Source of the DNA: Mytilus trossulus | Lineage: Eukaryota | Direction: 5' to 3' | DNA length: 64,000 nt | Assembly (NCBI RefSeq): GCF_036588685.1 | Contig: NW_026963290.1 | Location: 62,001-126,000 of the forward strand | Shown: positions 40,325 through 53,640 of the stretch, in pieces | Layout of the letters: every line of letters starts with the position of its first letter | Numbering within the stretch: position 1 is the first letter of the stretch | Made by a program: the position numbers and the translations under genes | Notes under the pieces: generated by a model | Told to the model about the DNA's origin: nothing | The model's input: only the letters and a program-made list of their open reading frames with translations | Database searches by the model: none

Positions 40325-43262
40325 TTAACAACACATTCGGTACTTCTCGGCATATTTCTACGGCAATGTTCCGAACCAGACCTAGCTCATTTCATTGGAA
40401 TTGATCTGGACTACTCCTTGCTTAAATATTTTTTTGGGATTAGGGCATATCGACCATCGAAAGGATTCAAAGTTGTGTTTTAACGTACTTTTAAATTGAT
40501 CCACACAGTCGGTACTTTGCGGCATATACCTACGGCAAAGTTCGAAACCGGACCTAGCTCATTTCAAAGGTATTGACCCAGGCTATTCCCCACTTAAATA
40601 TTTTTCTGGGATCCGGGTCCGTCTGGCCACCACAGAAGTTCAAAGTTGCCCATTTACATATTTTTCATATCAATCACACATTCGGTACTCTTCGGTATAT
40701 CCCTACGGCAAAGTTCCGAACCGGACCTAGCTCAATTTAAAGGTATTGACCCAAGCTATTCCCCACTTAAATATTTTTCTGAGATCCGGGCCCGTCTGGC
40801 CACCACAGAGGTTCAAAGTTTCCCATTTACGTATTTTTCATATCAATCACACATTTGGTACTCTTCGGTATATCCCTACGGCAAAGTTCCGAACCGGACC
40901 TAGCTCATTTTAAAGATATTGACCCAAGCTATTCCCCACTCAAATATTTTTCTCGGATCCGTGCCCGTCTGGCCACCACAGAGGTTCAAAGTTGCCCATT
41001 TACATATTTTTCATAGCAATCACACATTCGGTACTCTTCGGTATATCCCTACGGCAAAGTTCCGAACCTGACCTAGCTCATTTTAAAGGTATTGACCCAA
41101 GCTATTCCCCACTTAAATATTTTTCTGGGATCCGGGCCCGTCTGGCCACCACAGAGGTTCAAAGTTTCCCATTTACGTATTTTTCATATCAATCACACAT
41201 TCGGTACTCTTCGGTATATCCCTACGGCAAAGTTCCGAACCGGACCTAGCTCATTTTAAAGATATTGACCCAAGCTATTCCCCACTTAAATATTTTTTTC
41301 GGATCCGTGCCCGTCTGGCCACCACAGAGGTTCAAAGTTGCCCATTTACATATTTTTCATAGCAATCACACATTCGGTACTCTTCGGTATATCCCTACGG
41401 CAAAGTTCCGAACCTGACCTAGCTCATTTTAAAGGTATTGACCCAAGCTATTCCCCACTTAAATCTTTTTCTGGGATCCGGGCCCGTCTGGCCACCACAG
41501 AAGTTCAGAGTTGCCCATTTACATATTTTTCATATCAATCACACATTCGGTACTCTTCGGTATATCCCTACGGCAAAGTTCCGAACCGGACCTAGCTCAT
41601 TTTAAAGATATTGACCCAAGCTATTCCCAACTTAAATATTTTTCTCGGATCCGTGCCCGTCTGGCCACCACAGAGGTTCAAAGTTGCCCATTTACATATT
41701 TTTCATAGCAATCACACATTCGGTACTCTTCGGTATATCCCTACGGCAAAGTTCCGAACCTGACCTAGCTCATTTTAAAGGTATTGACCCAAGCTATTCC
41801 CCACTTAAATCTTTTTCTGGGATCCGGGCCCGTCTGGCCACCACAGAAGTTCAGAGTTGCCCATTTACATATTTTTCATATCAATCACACATTCGGTACT
41901 CTTCGGTATATCCCTACGGCAAAGTTCCGAACCGGACCTAGCTCAATTTAAAGGTATTGACCCAAGCTATTCCCCACTTAAATATTTTTCTGGGATCCGG
42001 GCCCGTCTGGCCACCACAGAAGTTCAGAGTTGCCCATTTACATATTTTTCATATCAATCACACATTCGGTACTCTTCGGTATATCCCTACGGCAAAGTTC
42101 CGAACCGGACCTAGCTCATTTTAAAGATATTGACCCAAGCTATTCCCAACTTAAATATTTTTCTCGGATCCGTGCCCGTCTGGCCACCACAGAGGTTCAA
42201 AGTTGCCCATTTACATATTTTTCATAGCAATCACACATTCGGTACTCTTCGGTATATCCCTACGGCAAAGTTCCGAACCTGACCTAGCTCATTTTAAAGG
42301 TATTGACCCAAGCTATTCCCCACTTAAATCTTTTTCTGGGATCCGGGCCCGTCTGGCCACCACAGAAGTTCAGAGTTGCCCATTTACATATTTTTCATAT
42401 CAATCACACATTCGGTACTCTTCGGTATATCCCTACGGCAAAGTTCCGAACCGGACCTAGCTCAATTTAAAGGTATTGACCCAAGCTATTCCCCACTTAA
42501 ATATTTTTCTGGGATCCGGGCCCGTCTGGCCACCACAGAAGTTCAGAGTTGCCCATTTACATATTTTTCATATCAATCACACATTCGGTACTCTTCGGTA
42601 TATCCCTACGGCAAAGTTCCGAACCGGACCTAGCTCATTTTAAAGATATTGACCCAAGCTATTCCCAACTTAAATATTTTTCTCGGATCCGTGCCCGTCT
42701 GGCCACCACAGAGGTTCAAAGTTGCCCATTTACATATTTTTCATAGCAATCACACATTCGGTACTCTTCGGTATATCCCTACGGCAAAGTTCCGAACCTG
42801 ACCTAGCTCATTTTAAAGGTATTGACCCAAGCTATTCCCCACTTAAATCTTTTTCTGGGATCCGGGCCCGTCTGGCCACCACAGAAGTTCAGAGTTGCCC
42901 ATTTACATATTTTTCATATCAATCACACATTCGGTACTCTTCGGTATATCCCTACGGCAAAGTTCCGAGCCGGACCTAGCTCATTTTAAAGGTATTGACC
43001 AAAGCTATTCCCCACTTAAATATTTTTCTGGGATCCGGGCCCGTCTGGCCACCACAGAAGTTCAAAGTTGCCCATTTACATATTTTTCATATCAATCACA
43101 CATTCGGTACTCTTCGGTATATCCCTACGGCAAAGTTCCGAACCGGACCTAGCTCATTTTAAAGGTATTGACCCAAGCTATTCCCCACTTAAATATTTTT
43201 CTGGGATCCAGGCCCGTCTGGCCACCACAGAGGTTCAAACTTTCCCATTTACGTATTTTTCA
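40325..43262 (+). repeat. 173-bp satellite array (ApaI-type), right arm: ~17 monomers with higher-order structure
   Basis: Period 173; the inner monomers (40325-40520) are degenerate; variant order B-C-A-C-A-C-A-B-C-A-B-C-A. Confidence 0.96.
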
Positions 43263-46200
43263 ATACCCATAACCCAAGATCCTTTTAGTCACGTTTATGT
43301 GTACACACAATTTTATATTTTACAGAGTTTATAATATCGTTGCATTTTGGGATATTGAAACACCCCCTGGAAACACCAGGGGTCTCACTGTCATCTGGGC
43401 AGTCTCCTGTAGGTTTTCACTAGATATTTATTCTTTTTTTGGCTTTCCATGGATATTTCTATTTATATTTCTGAATGTTTTTAGAGTGGCCGGCTTTAGT
43501 TTTAGTTTTATATATAATATATTAAATTAAATCTTTGATGGATATCGAATATCAAATAACAAACTAGCAGCTCACTTCACATACATATTTAAAACGTAAT
43601 GAAATGCTTTTTAATTCCGTACAAGCCGCGAAATTGTCGAATTCCGCTGTTGAATTATATTTAACTAAGATTTAGCGATTTTTGGAACGTTTGAGTCTTA
43701 TGCATTTTTTTGGTTTTTAGACATATCGTCAAAATTGGCTGCTGGAAAAAAGTGGCTGCTTTCTTGATTGGCCGATAAAAGTGGCTCCCAGCTTGAGTCT
43801 GGTTGTTAAGTTACCTGTACATAAGATTTGTTCACACTTGTAAACTATATGTCATTTAAATGTTGATTACGTAGAACCGAACTCAAATTTTCGGACAACT
43901 TTTCTAGCAGTTAGGGAACGACCATTTGATTTAAAAAAAAAAGGGGGGGCATGGATTTTTCACAATTTGATTCAAAAAGATGATTAGAATGAACAAATAT
44001 TCTGAATCCAAAGTTTCCCCATACATTATAGTGTCAAATATTGAATTGGTACCATCGAAAAAAAAACTAAATAGAAACTTAGTAAACCTTAGCCGTATTT
44101 GGCACATTTTTTTGGAACTTTGGATCCTCAATGCTCTTCAACTTTGTACTTGTATGGCTCTATAGATATTTTGATTTGAGCGTCACTGATGAGTCTTATG
44201 TAGACGCGTTTAGCGTACTAAATAATAATCCTGGTATCTTTGATAACTATTTCAGACTGGAAGAGTTTTGAACAGCCAGCATGAACGGTTGTCGTATCTA
44301 GGTAAAAAATGTCAATTTCGAACTGCAACACATTCCAGTTATAATAAATGAATTAGTTACAACATTTACATGATTTAAGAGTTTGGAAGTGTTTAAAATT
44401 CCGTAATATATTAAATGCATGCCAATTTGATGATATTCATTATTCTGCAATAGTCAATATACGCATGTGCAAACAATTTTTATTGGATTAAGAGCATGGG
44501 TTTATTCACTAAGCGAAAAAAGCACGTCATATTAGAATGAGCAAATAATATACATGTATGGAAAAACAAAAAAGAAAACAAAACAAAAATGAAGAACTCT
44601 CCACCCCTACCAATCCAATACCATACTCTGTGGGTAAAGGTACTTTCTTTCGTATATTTTCCCAAGACGAACCAAAGTCACCCATCACTCGAAAGTCAAA
44701 CAGACTTCAGTAGCGGATCCAGGGGAGGGTTCCGGGGGTTTGAACCCCCCGTTTTTAGACGATCAATGCATTTAATGGCCGGTTGGACCCCCTTTTATCC
44801 TGGGTTCCTGAAAATGACTAGATCTGCCCTTCGACTGTTCAAGTATGTGTACACTAATGTGGTCATCGGTTAGCATAGGCGAATTCAGGGGGTGGGGGCT
44901 GGATCGCTCTCTCGTTGGTGTAGTTCCATTAATATCAACAGTTACATCCGCTGATATTTGATACTGTGACAGTTTCTATGTATCTATGATTTCGACCACA
45001 CACGGGTTCATTATAAATTATTCATTCTGTAAATGTAGTTCGATCGTTTGAGTTGTATAATAAATATTAGTATTTATTTGGATTCTACTTTATATAAATG
45101 TAGCATAAGATGCCACAATGGTGAAAATTATGTTGATTATATAGGGAATCACTGAAGCATGACTGGAGTGCCGCCTCCCCCTTTTTCAGTCAGTCAGCGC
45201 ACCCCCTTTTTTACTGATTAGATAAGAAATAGTTGTAATAACTGCATGCTTACCAAGATAAAATAAAACTAGAAAGCATGCTTTAAATCAAAAACAGAAA
45301 TCTTACCTTTACAATGGTCCGGCACTCGGTGTGTCCACTATAAAATTCACTATATTACACACACATACAGGTACTTTAAATAATGATCTTTAATGTACCC
45401 GATGTTTCCTATGATTAATTGGTGTTGGCCTGTGGATTTTTATAAAATTTAAAATCGATTTGGTAAATAAAGTTCCTGTGAATGAATTTATTGTAAACTG
45501 GTGAAGTGTCCTTAAATAAATGAAAGCTGAAAGCTTAAATATATAGTCCTCGAAAATGACCCCACTTAAGAAAATGATTTTACCTTGTTAACAGATTTCA
45601 AGAACGATAACTGTGAAATTTCTTGAAGTTACAAAAATAACAAAACAACAATTAAAGCATCAAAAAACAAAAAAAAGGCTTATGCATTCTTAATAACAGC
45701 ACACTAAAACTTAGTAGATATATATAAATATAAATGCTAATTAGAAATTAATGTTGCATTTTTTTAGGGGGTAAAATGTTAAGGAAGAACTGCACTAATA
45801 CAGGGTGGTGTTATTTCAATATATATACGTATACATACGAACAAACAAACAAACAAACAACAAATATTTTATTTGCCAAAAAGAGCAGAATAATTACAAT
45901 GTAATTTTCAAACATAATGTAAAGTAAATTAAAAATAGGTTAAACAAAGTACATAATATGATTGATTTTGATTTAGTTGATTGATATAATATTAAAGAAA
46001 ATGAAGAAGCCAATTTGTAATAATAAAAATATATAATATAATATGATCATAATATGACCAATTGTTTGTTACTCTGGTCCCTTTATTGGACAGCACACCT
46101 CATAGTATACTAATAATTTATTATATGTAAAAGAAATAACTTATGTAAACGAGTGTCATGAAATAAAAAGGGCCTTTATCATAAAAGTTCCAAGTGAAAG

Positions 46201-48231
46201 AAATATTTTGTAACAGTATTTCCAATGGAACAAATATGTCGGAATTAATGTGGCCTAAGCGTGATGCGGGATTAGTCGATTCTTTGTCTAAGTGAAAGTC
46301 AAATTATGGTGCGTGGTTTGAGACTGTAATCAAATGAGAGGGTTAGCGCTATAAAACCAGGTTTAATCTACCATTTTCTACATTTGAAAATGCCTGTACC
46401 AAGTCAGGAATATGACAGTTCTTGTCCATTCGTTTTTTATGTGTTTTGTTATTTGATTTTGCCATATGAGTATGGACTTTCCGAATTGATTTTCCTCTGA
46501 TTTCAGAATTTTTGTGATTTTACTTATTTCATACGACGGCATACGGGAAACGAGGACAGGCAGAACAAGTTAAAGTACAAGTGTTATTATTACAACGCTA
46601 AGCGGGATACAGGAATCTGACAAAACAACAAGCGGAATCCCTCCTCCTTCTTGTCCATGAGACTATCAAGTAATAGTGTTTCAACTGGAACAGATATTAC
46701 GACATTGTTTGTAAGTATTTTTCCCGCCTAAAATGATCATGTGACATGTTTGTAAACAAAAGAAAACATTTGATCAAGGAATTCATTTATTTTCTGGATT
46801 ATTCTGCTTTTAATAATTTAGTTTGGATTTTTATTCATTTTATTTAAGGTACAGTCAAGCATTTGTATTTAAAAAATAGTTTGCAAAGAATTTTTACTTT
46901 TCAATTTGACAAATGTCTCATGATCGCCGTTCATTGGCTTGTTCAACCATGCAAACAATGTAAATTATGTAAATTAGAAATCTATCAGCTGTAAAAAAAA
47001 ATTATCTAAGCATCACATCGATGTTTTATCATTAATCTTCTAGGCAAAACGATGTTTCTGGGACTTGGGGGATACAATCAGGACCCGTGATTAGTATCTG
47101 TATTCACTATTCAATCTATTGCAGTTTACTAATCAGCTGATTACGAAATCGATTACAAAATGGCGACCTAGTGAGCTTTTGTTTTAAAGGGAAATAACTC
47201 GAGCGGTATTCATAAAATATGTCTTTCAGTACCGGTTGTTAATTACGACGATAAAGGCATGGCGTCAGGAATTTCGACAAAATTAGGGCAGGGCGCCAAT
47301 TTTTTTTCCCAAAAAGGGCAGGGCGTCGAGAAATCGCGGCAGGGCGCCATTACACGCCAAAACCACCTGTAGGAAACACTATTTGACTGATGGATTATGG
47401 CCACGGTTTGGTAAACGTTCAGTGGCAAACAGTTTATGCATATTCATGACGAGAAGAAATTGACAAATTAAATCAATTATTCCCGTAGGTAGTCTATGTG
47501 GGTAGGTCGAGAGTGCTTTAGAGCGGAAATTGAGGGTATACTAGATATAACGTTAGGGACAGACATTGTACTACCTTTCACAACAGGCCATCTACGAACC
47601 CATCAAAGGTTTTCTGCTAGTCTTTTAGAAGGGGAGAATGTTGTACTCTCCATAAAAGATGCATATAACATTAAATGTCCCTATTCCAATCTTACGTGGC
47701 TGTGTATTAATTTAGTTTAAATATCAGTACATGGCTTATTATATAAATTCTTACATGTCAAAATCTGTCACCAGGTAAGACTTTAGTTTATGTATTTTAT
47801 GTTCAAAAAAGATTTTTTTCTGTCTGTTTTTTATTTATTTTTTCCTAGTTTTGTCTTTCTTTTGTGTATGTTGGTCCTCGATGTTCTACAACTTCGTCCT
47901 TTATTTGGCCTTTTTAACTTTTATTCAAGAGTCACTGATGAGTCTTTTTTATTCGAGCGTCACTGGTGAGTCTTTTGTAGACGAAACGCACGTCTCGCGC
48001 AAATTCAAAATTTCAATCCTGTTTAACTATGATTAGCTTATTTACTATTGTTCTTTCTTTTTTGTTGTTGTATATCCCACATCTCGTTTCATTTTTATAA
48101 AACCGGTTCCATTGCGTAAGACGTGTTTCTGGACGCACAAACATTTTGAAACTCTTGAAGCAATTTAGTGAAACACAATTCTGTATATGATCAAACATAC
48201 CAAGTCAAAATGACAACTTTTAAAAATACCT

Positions 48232-48560
48232 AGATCAGTGACGAAATAAGTCCCATGGCTGCGATACAACTTTGTGTAGTCTCGATCGTTGACAGAATAA
48301 GTCCCATGGCTGCGATACAACTTTCTTTAGTCTCGATCAGTGACAGAATAAGTCCCATTGCTGCGATACAACTTTCTGTAGTCTCGATCAGTGACAGAAT
48401 AAGTCCCATGGCTGCGATACAACTTTCTGTAGTCTCGATCAGTGACAGAATAAGTCTCATGGCTGCGATACAACTTTGTGTAGTCTCGATCAGTGACAGA
48501 ATAAGTCCAATGGCTGCGATACAACTTTGTGTAGTCTCGATCAGTGACAGAATAAGTCCT
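48232..48560. repeat. 51-bp minisatellite (gatcagtgacagaataagtcccatggctgcgatacaactttgtgtagtctc), ~6.4 copies
   Basis: Direct inspection; it explains ORFs 48230, 48255 and 48327. Confidence 0.93.
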
Positions 48561-50779
48561 TAGAATAAATAGCTTATAATTTTTACAGTATGATGATAGC
48601 CTTGAGTTTACGTGAATATCATATTTTCCGAAATGTTGCTTAGAGGGTTGATATGAAAAGTTTATCAAATGCCCTCGAATATTATCGCATACCTTTCCGT
48701 AACTTTATCGCACATGGCAATTCGCCATCACTCGACACATTTCGGAAAATATACCACAATGGTACGTTTTCAGTGAAAAGAATATCAAATAAGTGAACAA
48801 AACAAATAATAGGAAACAGGGAAATATTATGTAAAATACAAAACAAATGATACAAAATATGCATTTTCAAAGTTTCCAGCATGATTGAGCAAGTTACATA
48901 AAAATTTGAACTTACAAACAGTGGTAATTATGTTTGGTTGAATTTATTTTATCGTTATAATATCAAAATATATTATAATTGTGTTTTCCCCTCTGTTGAG
49001 CCATATGATGTATTAAATGATGACCAATAAAAAGACCAATCATCCCCGTTCCCTCAAATATTGTCATCATTTTTTTACAAGGGAAATATTATCATCAAAC
49101 AATTAAATATTACTGCGTATGCCTTCTTTGATATCATTAACATAAATAAAATAAAAAGAGGACCGAGTATTGAATAATGGGATTAACCAGCAGGAGTGAG
49201 TTAAATCGATGATGTCTGGCCACACTTTGACAATACGATCCACATGGTTATTTTCTGTAAGAGACATTATTTGAAAACGAGGCATTTGTGTCAAACTTTG
49301 ATAAGGCAATAAAATCGTTCAAAACTTCATCATTTTTGTAGCCCGACGCCATTTTTTTTATCAATTATAATCAAATGCATGTAATTGAATAACCCTTAGG
49401 CTTTTTATGTTATAATCCAACACAGTTCTAACGCCTGAGGGATATCCGGATTAAGATCGCTAATCACTTGTACCTGAGCTCGCACAGGTAGATTAACAAA
49501 CCAGACAGGAGAATACTATCTGAGGATAGACGATCCATTTGTCGAATTAATCAACTAAGTTCAGCAAATGATTATGATAATTTAGATTAAATAAATAAAT
49601 TAATAATCCAGTTACAAAGAAAATAGTTTAACAAGTCGAACACGTGCTTTATTTTGACTTACGCAATCAGCATCCCCTTTTTTAAGAAGTACAAAATAAG
49701 ACGCAAAACAGTAAATATTATTTCATCAAAAATAACTCGAGTACTGCTGTAACAATAATTTAGAATGACTTTAAAAGTTTAAAAGTAAAAACTTATAAAT
49801 ATTTCCTGTAAAGAAATATCGTATTGTAATTCCGAATTCATTTCGTATATTACAATCAAATTGATACATCCGCGTTTCCGGTTTCTATTCAGACTCGAAA
49901 GATGCATGTTGCACAGCATCAATTTGTCAGATAAAGTCATTAAAAACCTTTTCATTTGCAGTTTACAAATCTCTTTAACCTTTTACATAACCCGTTCGAA
50001 TCGTTTTGTTGTTGCTGCAAATCAGCCATACCGGTAATGAGTTCTTAATTTGACAGTGTCCACGAAAAATAAGCTCCACATCATATGATTTTTAACCCCC
50101 ATAACAATTACCAAAAATACAAGAAATCTACATGGGGACCTTCATGACAGCTTTGGTCATTCTAGACTAAGGGGGGACCATGAAGACTTGGCATTTGAAT
50201 GGTTAAAAACGGCAATAAATGAACATATTGATACTTTAATTCTATAATGAAAATTCAAATAAATATAATTTAAATAAGCAATGAATTAGCATGTTCACCA
50301 TTCCTTGCACGGAGGGATAAAATACTTCCGATCGCGCTACACTGTACAGCGTAGACACGGTTTGTAATGGTGAAAGTTCCTCCATGGTACAATTTTCATC
50401 CATGGAGATCCCTGTAAATGACTATTCCAATTATGAAAAAGATTTTGTATATATATTCATGTATAGACTATACAGTATAGTGTTAACTTAAATGACTTGT
50501 GTCGTGAGTAATATAAATAATCGGTTTTTTTAGAAAAAAAAAAAAATCAGTGATATTATCGAAGGCATATATATATATTATCTTAGCCGTATTTGGTATA
50601 AACTTTTTAGAATTTTGGGTCCTCAACGCTCTTCAACTTTATACTTATTTGGCCTTCTTACTTTTTTTTATGTGAGCGTCACTGGTGAGTCTAATTACGT
50701 AGACTGGCGTATACATCAAATATTAAGCCTGGTACCTTTGATAACTATGAACATAATGTATATCACAAAAACAAATTAA

Positions 50780-51110
50780 ATAAAATTGAGAATGGAAATG
50801 GTGAATGTGTCAAAGAGACAACAACCCGACCATATAAAAACAATAATAACAGCAGAAGGTCACCAACAGGTCTTCAATGCAGCGAGAAACTCCCGCACCC
50901 GGAGGCGTCCTTCAGCTGGCCCCTAAACAAATATATACTAGTACAGTGATAATGAACGCCATACTAATTACCAAATCGTTCACAAGAAACTAAAACTAAA
51001 AAAAATACAAGACTAACAAAGGCCAGAGGCTCCTGACTTGGGACAGGCACAAAAATGCGACGGTGTTAAACATGTTTATGAGATCTCAACCCTCCCCCTA
51101 TACATCTAGC
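50780..51110 (+). repeat. Abundant interspersed repeat (aataaaattgagaatgg family)
   Basis: Near-identical to 28770-29100. Confidence 0.8.
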
Positions 51111-53143
51111 CCTGTATATATCCTTAAAATGATTTTCTCAAGGACCTTTGATACAGGCAATAGTAGATCAATATGTTGGTATACGGAGATTTCTGATCTA
51201 TGGTCGAGTTGTTGTCTCTTTGGCACATCCCCCTGATTCCATTCACAATTCACAAATATCGCCTTTATTTTAATACAAATATTCGATACTTTTCAGAGTG
51301 ATTGGTATACTCAACAACGAAATGAGAAATTGAACAGTTTGGTGAGTGGCTGACACATGACTTTTGAACGAATTAAATCAAAATATCTGTCCTCAAACTG
51401 ATTGTGATTCCAGTATTTAAATTTAGTGATAATAATAAAACCGTTAAACAGTGATTTTTGAGGATCAAAACACCACTTCAACGATGCAGTTCTATTATTA
51501 AAAGGACAATTAATTCATGTTTCAAACAACTAAGTTGTATTACGCAAGAATATCAATTTGTATTTTTTTATGGTTTGATTTAACACTGCAAATGTTATCC
51601 TATATACTGTTTTTGCTTCCTATTCTATCGTTATCCAACTGCCTTGACAAAGTAGATTATGTATCTATAGCAACACCGTCAGGACAAGTTCAATGTTTTA
51701 AAAGAACACTTAATACGACTGGTGATACTATATTCGAATTCCTAGGCATACCATATGCTTAACCCCCAGTACGACAGCGGAGATTCCAGAAACCACAACC
51801 TATATAGGTAACTGGATACATACGCTCAATGCTACGTCATTCGGTGCCGCGTACTCTCAAAACGTACCAGAATACGAAAAAACTTGGTATACTTCCGGTA
51901 TTTCAGAGGACTGTCTATTCCTTAACATTCACATACCGAAAGAGATCAGTAAAACGAAACTATATTCCGTAATGATATGGATTCATGGCGGTGGATTTGA
52001 AGGTGGTTATGGACATCAGAACGATGTAACAGATTTTGCCATGACAGGAAATGTTATCGTCGTTACTCTTAATTATAGATTGGGTGTGTTTGGATTTTTC
52101 GCTATGGACCATCCGGCCGCTAGAGGAAATTTTGGGTTATGGGATCAAAAAATAGCAATACAATGGGTGCACGATAACTTTGAAGCTTTAGGTGGCAATT
52201 CAAATTCCGTAACCATTTTCGGAGAATCGGCAGGTGCAATGAGTACATCGCTGCAGTCCCTGATTTCTGCAAACAAAGGCTTGTTTCAGAGAGTTATATG
52301 GCAGAGTGGTGTCCATAGCAGAATTCTGATGCGTAAACCGGATGCTGTCAGGGAATATGCGACAGGTCTAGCAAATAGAACTGGCTGTTCAATTGATGAT
52401 GAATATGCATTGTTGATTGTCTGAGAGATTTATCAGTCCAAGATCTATTAAGGTATACAGATTTTTATGCCACTGCTCAACTCGATAAAGTATACTACAT
52501 GTCGGACAATTAACCAGTAGTAGACGGTGAACTGTTTCCAGAAAATGCAATACTTTCTCTGGAGGACCCTACTTCTGACGTAGCTATATTCTTTCGTTCT
52601 CTGGGCATGATTGCTGGAACAACTTCTAACGAAGGCTCGGTATTAGTTATCTATTTATTTCCACAAATGCAGGAGCGATATAATTTTTCACTGAATGAAG
52701 GTATACCACACAGAGTGACTTGTGAAGAAGTTATAGCCGAATATGTTAAAACATATCTTAAACAAAATGAGGAAATAAAACGTCAATTGTGTGAGTTTTA
52801 CTTTGTAGCAAACTCTCCAAAAGAACAGAGCCTTCTTGCTACACATCTTTTAGCAGATATCATGTTTGTTTACCCAACAATAATGATGTTGGAATTGCAT
52901 TCTATGTATGGAGCGACGACATACCATTATCAATTCTCCATGCCAAGTCCAGAGCCGTGGGGAGGACCTTTTCCGTCTTGGTTCAATGGTAGTGGCCATG
53001 GAGACGAACTAATTTACATGTTCAGACCTGAAGCTGTATCCATCGACGGTATGAAACTGTCAAGAAATCTCATCCAGTATTGGACATCATTTGCAAGAAC
53101 AGGGTATGTAACACAGCTTTCTATTTGTTATAATATTGATTAA

Positions 53144-53640
53144 GAAATAATTCTTTCATGCCATGCTCTATGCTCATTTTAACATGGGTAGGCATTATAT
53201 TTGTTAATATCTTAATACCGAGCGTTAGCGAGGTATTAAATGTTTACAAATATAATGCCTACCCATGTTATAATAACATAGAGCATGGCATGATAGAATT
53301 ATTTCGATTCTTATAGGAATATTTTGAACTAGCGGACCTATAGTAGACGCTCGAAACGTCGTCATTTTGATTGATGAACAAAAACGTTATAGAAAAATCA
53401 ACAGTTTATTAATAAAGAAAAGAACAGAAAAATTGTAACTTACTTTTAGAATGTTTTTATTTAATTTTCTAGCGAGCAACACCAACAAAAATGTCCATTT
53501 GTATCTCTGATGTTGTTTAAAAATTCATCTGACGTTGCAATTTCAATTGTGACGTCAATCACGTGCAGCCCATGTTCTATTCGAATTTGAACATGGCTTT
53601 GTACCCAAAGCTAAAGAAGCACGTCATATTAGAATTCTAT
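53144..53640. mobile_element. Non-autonomous element with a ~160-bp terminal palindrome, in intron 1 of the pseudogene
   Basis: Inverted repeat 53144-53305 centred on gagcgttagcg; its other end (aagcacgtcatattagaat) also occurs at ~44520. Confidence 0.5.

Larger units (their letters stand above)
32557..43803. mobile_element. 11.2-kb foldback/Mutator-like composite element: long TIRs containing 173-bp satellite arrays, with a Maverick-derived central loop
   Basis: Termini ACCAGACTCAAGCTGG…CCAGCTTGAGTCTGGT; flanking 9-bp direct repeat TGTTAAGTT (32548-32556, 43804-43812). The arms are inverted homologues from the ends through to the satellite arrays. Confidence 0.88.

Noticed and set aside
34046-43334. 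Many 65-104-aa ORFs 'MPIY(V/I)FFIS…' as a small-protein family or CRISPR-like array
   Set aside because: They are translations of the 173-bp satellite, mostly with TTG starts and shifting frames; there are no unique spacers and the context is eukaryotic.
32557-43803. Whole element as a canonical Maverick/Polinton
   Set aside because: No AGTAGT-type ends; placing the ends at AG(32560)…CT(43800) gives no 6-bp TSD, whereas a 9-bp TSD is exact. No capsid, ATPase or protease motifs were recognised.
46674-47381. hAT-like element with TAGTGTTTC/GAAACACTA termini
   Set aside because: Only a 9-10-bp TIR and no 8-bp TSD; plausible but unsupported.
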